The notes under the pieces: model-generated | What the model saw: only the letters and a program-made list of their open reading frames with translations | Database searches by the model: none | Told to the model about the DNA's origin: nothing | Source: Oligoflexus sp. | Lineage (GTDB): Bacteria; Bdellovibrionota_B; Oligoflexia; Oligoflexales; Oligoflexaceae | DNA: 64,000 bases | Assembly (NCBI GenBank): GCA_014378195.1 | Contig: JACMOC010000083.1 | Location: 68,149-132,148, forward strand | Reading direction: 5' to 3' | Made by a program: the position numbers and the translations under genes | Shown: one piece after another, positions 11,159 to 20,635 of the stretch | Position numbering within the stretch: the stretch's first letter is position 1 | How the letters are laid out: each line of letters begins with the position of its first letter

Positions 11159-12091
11159 CTATCGCGTAAACGCCGAACGCGGCACTATCACGAAGTCTGT
11201 CGAAGCAGGTGTTTTCCAGAATAGTTGAAGTGCGATCTGGTCCGCTGGCCCTTGGAAGTAATCCAGAACAAAGGCGTGATCACCAGCCGTGAGATTAGTG
11301 TTGCCCTCAACCGCTTTTGTTGAATGGGCAAGGTCGTTGTCTACGACTTTGGTGCCATCGATATAGAATATCGAACCATCATCGGAAGTCAGACGAAAGG
11401 TATAGGGGCCGTCGGTGGGGATTACAATGCGTCCGGCGGTGTGCAGCGCGAACCATTCATAAAGTCCTGGAACGCCTGGAAAACCATCTTGGAAGCTGCG
11501 CGTCGGAACATCGAATTGATCCATACACACAGTCGTCGACTTTTCGGCCTGGATAGTATCAAAAACCGGGAGTTTCGACGTTCCCGCCGGGAGTGGATAG
11601 ACTTCGGCAATTACAGGAAAGGATGCGGTGCTGCCTTCCGCACAGCCAACGAATATTTGGGAGTCTGGCACAACGTGCAAAGTATCGTTGCCCGTAATAG
11701 CTGAGTTCGATGCAAGAGTTGCGATGATTTTAACGTCGATTTCCGCACTCAGTTTTGCAGGGCTCGTATAGAGTCCATTGACGTCGATGGATCCAGCGTC
11801 AATGCCGGTCGGTCCTTCGACTGACCAGACGACAGCAGCTGCTGTTGTATTCAATACATACGCTGTCGCCTTTACCGTTTTCGAAGCGGACCTTACGTCG
11901 TGATTCGCAAGGGTAACCGTGAGCGTTACGGGGATAGAAGGGGCCGAGATCGCTGGGGCCACAGGCGCAGCATTGCTTGATTTCGGCACGACTGTGACTT
12001 TCGGGTTGCTTGCAAATTTTCTCGAATCCGAACAGGCTGCACTGAAGATCAAGGCTGCGAGTGTAACGGCGATTTTTTGAGTCGAATTCAT
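11159..12091 (-). CDS. Lipoprotein with Ig-like region and C-terminal PA14 domain
   Basis: Lipobox SAAC; FALHTAGRIVIPTDGPYTFRLTSDDGSIFYIDG...G.H...LDYFQG PA14 signature. Confidence 0.85.
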   Translation of the reverse strand: MNSTQKIAVTLAALIFSAACSDSRKFASNPKVTVVPKSSNAAPVAPAISAPSIPVTLTVTLANHDVRSASKTVKATAYVLNTTAAAVVWSVEGPTGIDAGSIDVNGLYTSPAKLSAEIDVKIIATLASNSAITGNDTLHVVPDSQIFVGCAEGSTASFPVIAEVYPLPAGTSKLPVFDTIQAEKSTTVCMDQFDVPTRSFQDGFPGVPGLYEWFALHTAGRIVIPTDGPYTFRLTSDDGSIFYIDGTKVVDNDLAHSTKAVEGNTNLTAGDHAFVLDYFQGPADQIALQLFWKTPASTDFVIVPRSAFTR

Positions 12092-12238
12092 AATGAGATA
12101 CTCCAGGCTGATATCTCACTCTTATCGGGGGAAGAAACGAAAAAATAAGTCAAAAAACGAGGGGCCTCTCCGGATTTGGAGATTCGTCTCGCAGCACACA
12201 CTTTGGAGGCGACTTGTTCATTCGTCAAAAGAGCAGGA

Positions 12239-14495
12239 TTATACCGAAGCAAAATCGACGCTTCGGTCGAGGTAGAAACGAGGACTTACGGGCGGTGGTA
12301 GATCCAGGGGCTCGCGTGAGGGAACAGCATTTTTTTCGAACTCCAGCCGTACATTCAGCTCTTTTAGCAGCTGCCTCACATCGTCGCTATCGCGCAGTCG
12401 AAATTTCGCGTGCGATGGTTGTCCGCCCACGACGATGGAATAACCGATAGAGGGTACTGCGTTGAACATGTCCTCATCGGTCTGGTCGTCCCCTATAGCG
12501 ACGATCAAACACGGGGAGCATTCTTCCATCAATTCGCGAACCACAACTCCTTTGTGCAGATGGGGGAAACGCGCTTCGACGGTTTTTTTACCCTCTAGAA
12601 TCTGCAGGCTGGGGAAATGGGATGACGCATATTGTTTGACTTCGAGGCGTGCGGCTTCTCCGTCATAGGGCGTTGCGTTTCGGTAATGGAAGCATAAACT
12701 GAACTTTTTGGTTTCAACGCGTGTACCGGAAAACTTGTGAGCGATCGCTTCCATCCCGCTGCCGAGCTCGCCCAATATAGCTTCTTCGCCAGGGCTTATG
12801 CGGCGTTTTTCCGTTTCGTCGACGGCGCCATGCTCAGCATGTAAATGGATTTTGAGGCCGGCAAACCAGTTTTTTAGCTCGTGCATCGGACGCTCGCTGA
12901 CGATGTGAAGATCACAGCGTTCCGAAAGTTCTCCGAGTATCCTGCGAAGTTCTTCGTCCGGGACGGCCGATGCCGGAACTTTCACTATAGGGAAGAGCGT
13001 CCCGTCGTAATCAAGGGTTACTTTGAGAGGCGCTTGGCATTCGGCTATGATTTTACCAAGAGCGAGGGGATTGTCAAACTGCTGCCGATGGACGAACGAA
13101 GGAGTCAGCCTTCAGCTGATGTAGGAAATTTGCCGCCCATTCGGATGTTTTGAATCCGACGACCCGACTGCGAAGAGATTGCATTCGCGCTTTGCGTTCT
13201 TCTTTTGGCATTTCGGCCGCAGCCCGGAAGCTTCCTGCCATCTGGCAGATATCATAGGGGTTGATCATCAAAGCTTCATGCAATTCACTGGAAGCACCAG
13301 CGAATTCGCTTAGGACAAGAACGCCGTCGTCGTCATCGCGTGCAGCGATGAATTCTTTGGCAACGAGATTCATACCGTCGCGTACTGGCGTGACCAACAT
13401 CACATCGACGTCTTTGTAGATCTGGTAGATCTCCTGCGGATGAAACGATCGCGTCAGATAAAAAATGGGCTGATAACCGGGAGTGCTGAACTTGCCGTTG
13501 ATACGGCCTACGTGCTCATCGAGCTGACGACGAAACTGTTGATAGGCTGCGACATCGCCCCGAGACGGCGGCGCAATCTGAATCAGCATCAATTTTTCGC
13601 GTAACGAGGGATAGGTCTCAAGAAGGTATTCAAAAGCCAATAACTTACGCGCGAGCCCCTTCGTGTAATCAAGCCGGTCGACCGACAGGAGGAGTTTGAG
13701 TTCGGGATGTTCACCACGGACTCGGTGCAAAGCATCCGCGAGGGTGCTGTCACCCGTATATTCCTTGCTAAGTTCGTCCGTATCAACACCAAGCGGGAAA
13801 CTGCCTATCTGAACCTGGCGATCGACCAGACTTATTATGTCAGCCGCATGCTCAGTGTTTAAGATGTGTTGAGCCGAGGCGATAAAATGCTCGCAGTACT
13901 CTTCGGTATGAAACCCGATAAGGTCAGCTCCCAGCAGTCCCTTGAGGATCTGTTTGCGCCAAGGCAGGATGCGGAATATTTCGAAAGATGGAAAAGGAAT
14001 ATGAAGAAAAAAGCCTATCTTCACATCAAGCCCAAGGTCACGAAGCATCTGTGGAACGAGTTGAAAATGATAATCGTGTATCCAGATTAAGTCACCAGGT
14101 TTGCCGACTTTTGCGACCGCGTCAGCAACTGTTTGATTGATGCGTTCCTATGCATCCCAGCCGGAGAACGTCAGCGGAAGATTCCCGACTTGATAATGGT
14201 AAAGCGGCCAAAGGATCCCATTGCACAGCTCATCGAGGAAGGGGTGGTGATCATCCTGGGAGAATTCAATCGGGATACAGCCACGTTCCGCGAGGGCTTC
14301 AAGGATCTGCGTTTCGGTCTCTGCCGAGAGTTTTTTGGAAGCGCCGCTCCAGCCTAACCAGAGAGCATCGTTCCCAAGGAGAGGCATGAGACCTGTTGCC
14401 AGCCCGCCGACGCTGCTTTCCAGAGCAAATTGCTCGTCCTCTTTGATCGAAATGCTAAAAGGTAGACGGTGGGAGACCAATAAGGTGCGACCCAT
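12239..14495 (-). pseudogene. Bifunctional trehalose-6-phosphate synthase/phosphatase (OtsA-OtsB fusion), disrupted
   Basis: GT20 motifs ([53 protein letters not shown]) and HAD motifs (LDYDGTL, GDDQTDEDMF); in-frame TAG at 14148-14150 and a frameshift between about 13110 and 13076. Confidence 0.85.
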
Positions 14496-14699
14496 TCATT
14501 TCTCCTCAATTATTCCTTGGATTGCGAACTCAGATGGATGAGTGGGCGCTATGGAATGCGCTGTGCTCGTTTTCTTAAACAGAGCCTTACAAATCACTGG
14601 GCGTACTGCACGCCATTCAGGCGTCGTTGATATGGTTAGAAACGCCCTAAGGCATTAATATTTAGATGAATTATGGGAATACCTGGAAAATCTTGGCAT

Positions 14700-15581
14700 T
14701 TAACCTAGCGTCAGGAGAACAACGCCTATAGCTGCTGATATCAGCGCGAGAACCTTGCCTCGTGTCATGTGTTCCCGTAAAAAAAGGGCGGCTAGCAATA
14801 CGGTGAAGACGGTTGAAGTTTGGTTTAGTAGCGCCGCTGTGGTGGCCTGCAAATATTTATAACCAGCAATCCAAAGGATGATCGACAGATACGAACTGAA
14901 AAAACAAGCGCCCAAAAGTTGAACTTTGTGTGGCGTCTGCAGGACTTCGCGAAAGTGACGACGGCGATCCTTTTCAAACGCAAACATAATGACGGCAGCC
15001 GTGAGCCCCCCGAGCATACGAATGGTCACCAAGGATAAAAGAGGCACCTCGACGAAGATCGGTTTTACCATGACGATACCGAAAGCCATCATGAAGAGCC
15101 CAAGAGCCATCAGCGCGGAGCCCTTTTTAAGATTAGGCTCGAGAGTCGATGCCAAGGGCTCTTCGTCTGGTTTTAAAAACAAAAGCGAAGCCAGTATAAA
15201 TACCCCTCCCAGCAAAACGAGGAAGGATGGGCGTTCGCCAAACCAAAAGACGGAAAGCAAAATCACAAAAGGACTGAAGAGGCATTCGAGCATCGCGATC
15301 TGCGAAGCCTTCAAATAGCGCATGCTGCGCAAGACTACCCCATCGGAGATACCGATGCCGATCGCACCGCTCAGAAAAAGGAAGAGGGTCTTGTGCCAAT
15401 CCACGGGCCATTGAATTCCACCCTCGAGAATGAGAGTTGTCAGATAAAGGAGGGGCAGTCCGAGGAGACATTTAACAACGTTGAGAGCGAGCGGGTGCAT
15501 CCGGGCACCCGAGAATTTGAGTAGGATGACGGCGCATGACCAGGTGATAGCGCAGAGTAACGCGACGACGATGCCTGACAT
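14700..15581 (-). CDS. EamA/DMT family transporter
   Basis: About 10 TM helices in two EamA-like repeats (LSVFWFGER; LAALFLREH). Confidence 0.88.
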   Translation of the reverse strand: MSGIVVALLCAITWSCAVILLKFSGARMHPLALNVVKCLLGLPLLYLTTLILEGGIQWPVDWHKTLFLFLSGAIGIGISDGVVLRSMRYLKASQIAMLECLFSPFVILLSVFWFGERPSFLVLLGGVFILASLLFLKPDEEPLASTLEPNLKKGSALMALGLFMMAFGIVMVKPIFVEVPLLSLVTIRMLGGLTAAVIMFAFEKDRRRHFREVLQTPHKVQLLGACFFSSYLSIILWIAGYKYLQATTAALLNQTSTVFTVLLAALFLREHMTRGKVLALISAAIGVVLLTLG

Positions 15582-15689
15582 TTGAACACTCCGAGAGAAC
15601 GCAGGGAGTTTACTTCTATAGAGAAATCTGCATAAATACCAGCAAGCTCTCGTCCTTCCCCTCGCACCGATCGATTATCAGGCCGACTA

Positions 15690-15730
15690 ATTTTGACGCA
15701 AAAACCCTGAAAAATAGAGTGCGTCAAAAT
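15690..15730. promoter_or_regulatory. 11-bp perfect inverted repeat between divergent eamA and top6B
   Basis: ATTTTGACGCA-N19-TGCGTCAAAAT; TATAAT follows at 15734-15739. Confidence 0.5.
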
Positions 15731-15837
15731 GACTATAATCGAGATTTTCTTAAGGAAGGGGGACATAAGGCTTAGGATTTCGTATATTTGAAAAGATGAT
15801 TGAGTCGATTGTATGTGGAACGCAGGAAAGGGTGGCC

Positions 15838-17982
15838 ATGGAAGCGGGTGAAGTCAAGCGTGGGAAAGCCCAACTAAAGACCAGCAGCACAGCGGAGTAT
15901 TTCGCGAAAAACCTACAACAGGTGGGCTTTTCGTCTCCAACGAAAGCGGTCCTGACGACTCTTAAAGAGGCTTTCGACAACTCGCTCGACGCCTGTGAGG
16001 ACCACGAAATTCTGCCGGCTATACGGGTAGAAGTCGAAAAGCAGGGCAAAGGTTCCACTAAAAATACTGACCTTATCTACATATCGGTTCAGGACAACGG
16101 ACCAGGCATTCCCTTTAAAGAACTGCCTATGGTGTTTGGTGAATATCTCGCGTCCTCGAAGTTCGGCCGGGGGCGGTGTACACGAGGCCAGCAAGGAATC
16201 GGTATCTCAGCGGCGACAACCTGGGCCATGCAGACGGCTGCTCAGGGCGTGAAGGTGACGACCAAAACAAAAGGCCAGAAGAAGGCTGTTCAGTGTCGCA
16301 TCGAGATCGATCTCAAACATAATAAGGGCTTGATGAAAGACAAAATCGATCTCGACTGGGCCCCGTCGCACGGCACGCGGGTTGAGTTTTGGATCGACGG
16401 TCGCGTCCAGGTGAATGGTGAAGCGGGATTGCTTGCTTTCCTTAAAAGCAACGTCCTCGTGAACCCTCACCTTGAACTTACCTATAAACTCATGGACGAA
16501 CCCGAAGTCTTTGTGGAGCGGGTGAGTGACCAAGTTCCCCAGATTCCCGATGCGACAGCGCCTCATCCTCATACAATGAAGCTGGGTGAATTCATGGGAC
16601 ACGGCAAACTCTACGGTAATATTCCGGTCAGGGACTGGTTGACCACCGCCTTTTCCCGCATGAATAAAGCTGTGTTTGAAGATCTTACCGCGAAACATAA
16701 AGTCCCGAAAAAGCTTTTTGATCAGAAGATGAATGAGATCAAAGAGGCGGATTTCAAAAACCTTTTTACAGCTATTCAGGAAGCCGAACTTCCGCCACCA
16801 TCGACCGGATCGGTCCTTGCGATCGGTGAAGAGGGCCTTGCCCGATCTATCCTGCGTTTGGGCGATCTCGATTATTTCTCGGTTGTTTCGCGTAAACCGG
16901 CGATCTGTGATTTTAAGCCGGTGCAGGTGGAAGTCGCCATAGCACGGATGACTTCTCGAAACGATGGCGTGAACGAGGGTGAAGAGTCGTGCGAAGTGAT
17001 TCGTTTCGCCAATCGCGTGCCGCTTCAGTTCGATAAGGCAAGCTGCGCGATTATGAAAGCCATTACCAGCGTCAACTGGAAGGTTTACGGTCTCAAACAA
17101 TCGCGGAATTCACCCCCATCAGGACCTTATATCGTCGCCGTTTCGGTCGTTTCGCCATTCATTAAATTTAAAAATGCCTCGAAAGAGACGATAGACGCTT
17201 CCGAAGAACTGGTGGAAGAAATCCGCCGAACTCTGATGCAAGCCGGTCAACGTCTGTCACGGCATTTGCGAAAAGAGCATAAAGAGGCGATGCTCGAGAG
17301 CAAAATGCAGCATATCGAGCAATTTGCCCCGATTTTGGTTGAAGGACTCGTGCGTTTGACCGCTTCGAGCCAGGCGCGCCGCGAACAGGCTCATAAGGGT
17401 CTCCTTAAAATCCTCGGGCGCGAGGCGAAGGATGCGAAAGACGAACTCGCCGAAGCAGACCGTAAGCTTGAGGCTCATCTCAACCAAAAACGAAAACGCC
17501 TTGGTGCCGCGTTTGATCTCGTTATGGCGCGGGAGGATGAGAGCGATGAAGATTCCCGGGTCGCAGTGAAGGCGGATAGCAAATCCAAAAAATCGGTCAC
17601 TAAGCTCAAAAAAGGTGTCATCGATAAAGTCGACGTAATCAAGCCTGATGCTGTAAAGCGTGATGCCGAAGTGCATGAAAAGGCTAAGGTTTCTGGTAAA
17701 GTAAAGAAAAAAAATGTCGCCAAAAGTAAGGCTGAGAATAAATCGAAATCAACCGCCGAAGCAAAAACAAAAACAAAAACTAAAACAAAAGCACAGCCTG
17801 TCGCAAACAAGGCTCCTGTGAAACCCGCGCCGGCCGCGAGAAAAATCACCAAGTCCGAAAAGCCAAGCAAAAAAGAAGCCCCGGTCAAAGGCAAAGCCGT
17901 GACGAAAAAAACAGTGAAGCGGCCCACGGCGCCCGCGAAAAAATCAACGCCAGCCAAAAAAACTAAAGGGAAAAAGAAATGA
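15838..17982 (+). CDS. top6B: DNA topoisomerase VI subunit B with Lys/Ala/Pro-rich C-terminal tail
   Basis: AEYFAKNLQQVGF, KEAFDNSLDA, DNGPGI, SSKF, RGQQGIGIS, PHPH, RFANRVPL, KE motifs; start moved to ATG 15838 (AGGAAAGG). Confidence 0.93.
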   Translation: MEAGEVKRGKAQLKTSSTAEYFAKNLQQVGFSSPTKAVLTTLKEAFDNSLDACEDHEILPAIRVEVEKQGKGSTKNTDLIYISVQDNGPGIPFKELPMVFGEYLASSKFGRGRCTRGQQGIGISAATTWAMQTAAQGVKVTTKTKGQKKAVQCRIEIDLKHNKGLMKDKIDLDWAPSHGTRVEFWIDGRVQVNGEAGLLAFLKSNVLVNPHLELTYKLMDEPEVFVERVSDQVPQIPDATAPHPHTMKLGEFMGHGKLYGNIPVRDWLTTAFSRMNKAVFEDLTAKHKVPKKLFDQKMNEIKEADFKNLFTAIQEAELPPPSTGSVLAIGEEGLARSILRLGDLDYFSVVSRKPAICDFKPVQVEVAIARMTSRNDGVNEGEESCEVIRFANRVPLQFDKASCAIMKAITSVNWKVYGLKQSRNSPPSGPYIVAVSVVSPFIKFKNASKETIDASEELVEEIRRTLMQAGQRLSRHLRKEHKEAMLESKMQHIEQFAPILVEGLVRLTASSQARREQAHKGLLKILGREAKDAKDELAEADRKLEAHLNQKRKRLGAAFDLVMAREDESDEDSRVAVKADSKSKKSVTKLKKGVIDKVDVIKPDAVKRDAEVHEKAKVSGKVKKKNVAKSKAENKSKSTAEAKTKTKTKTKAQPVANKAPVKPAPAARKITKSEKPSKKEAPVKGKAVTKKTVKRPTAPAKKSTPAKKTKGKKK

Positions 17983-19139
17983 CGTCTATGCGCGGCAAAG
18001 TTCTCCAAAGTGATATACCCGCGTTGAGCCAGGAGCTGTGTGAACGACTCCTTCGCGATCTTGAGCGGGCCAAACGGCCGGTAATTGAGGCCACAAAATG
18101 TAGCCTTGATAACTCGATCTATAACCACAAGGTGGGATTTTTAACGCCGGGTGACAAACGCATTCGCACCGAACTCAACGTGGCCTCCGTAAAAAAGATG
18201 TCACGTGCGATTTTTATGCTCGAAATTCTCCTGCGGAACATCGAGACGGGTGCGGTCAACACCAAACGTGAGCTCTATTATATTTCCAAAGGTGAAGTGA
18301 AGCATAACAAGTACTTGAAGCCGATCGACTTCGGGGATCAGGACGAGTCCGATGGCATCATCGATTTCATCTGTGAAATCATCGAATGTTATAGAGAAGA
18401 ATTGAACTGTTACGCGAACGACCGCGGAGGGCAGACGTACTCGCAGCAGCTTATTGTCGAAGAGACACTTAGTGATGGAGGGCGGGCGGTCATCGACCTC
18501 TCTCAGCTTGGGACCTCGCCTTTTCAGCCGAAAAACAGACCTCAGAATCTTATACTCAGGGCTAAAACAAAGATTGACTACTGCCTGATTGTGGAATCGG
18601 AAGGTACCGCCAACACTTTGGTTGCGAACGGATTTACCAAAAGAAACAATGCGATCGTGGTGGGTGCCCAAGGTGTGCCATCGAACGCCGTAAGGGGCTG
18701 GCTCAAGCGTATTCAGGACCAGCTTAAGGTACCTCTTTATTTCTTTGGTGACCTCGATGCCTACACGATGCAGAACATCTTCCGGACACTGAAGGCCGGT
18801 TCGGCCGCTTCATTAATTAGAAACTCGGATTATTCGGCTCCGGAAGTCAGATTTTTGGGTGTTCTCCCTGAAGATATCGCCAAGTTCGACCTCGACGATT
18901 ACCCCGTGCAGGAAAACGACGCTCAAGAGGGACGGGCACTGAAGAAGGCGCGTGACGCCCTCGACAACGATCCCTTCTTCCGCGACAAACGTAATAAAGG
19001 GCTCGCTGACATTCTCCACTGGCTCCTCGAAAACAAGCGACGGTGTGAGCAGCAAGCATTTTTCACAGTTGATCCGCGTGATCCAACTATGCCAGAAAAA
19101 ATAATTGTCGAGAAAATTCGCCGAGGAAATTACGTTTGA
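17979..19139 (+). CDS. top6A: DNA topoisomerase VI subunit A (Spo11-like)
   Basis: TKRELYY (catalytic Tyr), TOPRIM VESEG and GDLD, C-terminal CEQQA; ATGA overlap with top6B. Confidence 0.93.
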   Translation: MTSMRGKVLQSDIPALSQELCERLLRDLERAKRPVIEATKCSLDNSIYNHKVGFLTPGDKRIRTELNVASVKKMSRAIFMLEILLRNIETGAVNTKRELYYISKGEVKHNKYLKPIDFGDQDESDGIIDFICEIIECYREELNCYANDRGGQTYSQQLIVEETLSDGGRAVIDLSQLGTSPFQPKNRPQNLILRAKTKIDYCLIVESEGTANTLVANGFTKRNNAIVVGAQGVPSNAVRGWLKRIQDQLKVPLYFFGDLDAYTMQNIFRTLKAGSAASLIRNSDYSAPEVRFLGVLPEDIAKFDLDDYPVQENDAQEGRALKKARDALDNDPFFRDKRNKGLADILHWLLENKRRCEQQAFFTVDPRDPTMPEKIIVEKIRRGNYV

Positions 19140-19264
19140 TAGATTGCCTTCTTTTCAACGATTCCAAGATTCTGTACTATTAGTAATGGTAGCGTATCAG
19201 GCTAGTGATGTGCGGAAACTGATTTACACGGATGTTAGATATGTCGCAGCACGATGATGGCTCA

Positions 19265-19498
19265 ATGAAAGCACTGGTAGAGTTCGTAGCTAAAGCTCTG
19301 GTTGATGAAGTGGATCGCATTGAGATCAGCGAGATCACGGGTAACCAGACCAACATTATCGAGCTTAAGGTCGCCAAGGAGGACATAGGTAAGGTAATCG
19401 GTCGCCAAGGGCGAACAGCCGACGCAATCAGAACCATTCTGAACTGCGCTGCTGCAAAGCTCAACAGACGGTACATACTTCAAATCATAGACGAGTAA
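19265..19498 (+). CDS. khpA: KH-domain RNA-binding protein KhpA
   Basis: LVEFVAKALVD...DIGKVIGRQGRTADAIRT; start may instead be 19241. Confidence 0.92.
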   Translation: MKALVEFVAKALVDEVDRIEISEITGNQTNIIELKVAKEDIGKVIGRQGRTADAIRTILNCAAAKLNRRYILQIIDE

Positions 19499-19502
19499 GC
19501 CC

Positions 19503-20501
19503 ATGTCTTCAAATCAGGCTAGCGCAGTCATTCTAACTGCGTTGGAGGGCGTGCGCCTTAACACCGAGGAACAACAGTGTTTTGAGCGGCTCCCTCCAGC
19601 CGGATTCACTCTATTCCGGCGTAATATCTCACCCTATTTTTCAGCAACACGTGACCTCTGCGACGAGCTCCAAACTCTGCGCGGTACCATCAATTTGCCC
19701 CTTTTGATTGCTATCGATCAAGAAGGTGGGCGCGTTGCGCGGCTTAAGGCTCCTTTTCCTGATTTCGGACCGGCGATGGGTCTTGCCGATGGCCGGACGG
19801 ATGCCTCGGCTCTTATCGAGATCGAAAACATCGGTTTTTCGATGGCCGCAACTCTCAAACAGCTTGGCATCAATGTTGATTTCGCCCCTGTGCTCGACGT
19901 TTTGAGCCGCGAAGAGAACGTTGCCATTGGTGATCGCTGTTTTGGTCGCAATCCGGAGACTGTCGCGGTTCGTTCCGAAGCCTTCATGCGAGGCCTTCAT
20001 TCTGGTGGTGTCCTTGGGTGTCTGAAGCATTTTCCAGGACAGGGTGATGCAGGCGTCGACACGCACGAAACCGGAGCGATGATCATCGCAGATCGCGAGC
20101 TTCTGGACAGTCGGGAGCTTTATCCATTCCAAAAGCTTATTCCTGATGCGCCTATGGTTATGATTTCCCATGCGGTCTTCGAAGCCCTCGATCCTCATAG
20201 GCCCGCAAGCCTCTCTTCGAAGATCATGCTTGATCTCCTGCGAGGCGAAATGGGCTTTCGCGGTTTGATCGTGTCGGATGATATGAATATGAAAGCGATC
20301 GACCAAAGTCGAGAGCCATGGTCCGAGGCGATTGTCGCTTCCATCGCAGCAGGGGCCGATCTCGTACTGGTTTGTCGCGAGCTTGATCGCTATCGCTGGG
20401 CTGTCGAAGCTATTAGCAAAGAAGCCACAAAAAGCCCGGCTTTTGCAAAACGACTTGCTGATGCAGTGGATAGGGTGGTTAACACACGGAACCAGGTGTA
20501 A
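19503..20501 (+). CDS. nagZ: Beta-N-acetylhexosaminidase (GH3)
   Basis: LFRRN, IDQEGGRVAR, FAPVLD, KHFPGQG...DTH, SDDMNM. Confidence 0.9.
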   Translation: MSSNQASAVILTALEGVRLNTEEQQCFERLPPAGFTLFRRNISPYFSATRDLCDELQTLRGTINLPLLIAIDQEGGRVARLKAPFPDFGPAMGLADGRTDASALIEIENIGFSMAATLKQLGINVDFAPVLDVLSREENVAIGDRCFGRNPETVAVRSEAFMRGLHSGGVLGCLKHFPGQGDAGVDTHETGAMIIADRELLDSRELYPFQKLIPDAPMVMISHAVFEALDPHRPASLSSKIMLDLLRGEMGFRGLIVSDDMNMKAIDQSREPWSEAIVASIAAGADLVLVCRELDRYRWAVEAISKEATKSPAFAKRLADAVDRVVNTRNQV

Positions 20502-20570
20502 GAGGAGTTTGACTCTAATAATCAGCTTCAGCTGCGGGCACTCGTCATCAGACCCTTTAATTATCGATAG

Positions 20571-20611
20571 AAAAATCCCATGAGAGCTTAAAATGCTTCC
20601 ATGGGATTTTT
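20571..20611. terminator. Bidirectional terminator
   Basis: AAAAATCCCATG...CATGGGATTTTT between convergent nagZ and hlyC. Confidence 0.7.
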
Positions 20612-20635
20612 ATAATCGCAGCTTAAAAATGTTTT

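Noticed and set aside
14148-14150. TAG as a reassigned or read-through codon
   Set aside because: TAG terminates intact genes here (e.g. parC, ttcA) and the same gene also has a frameshift
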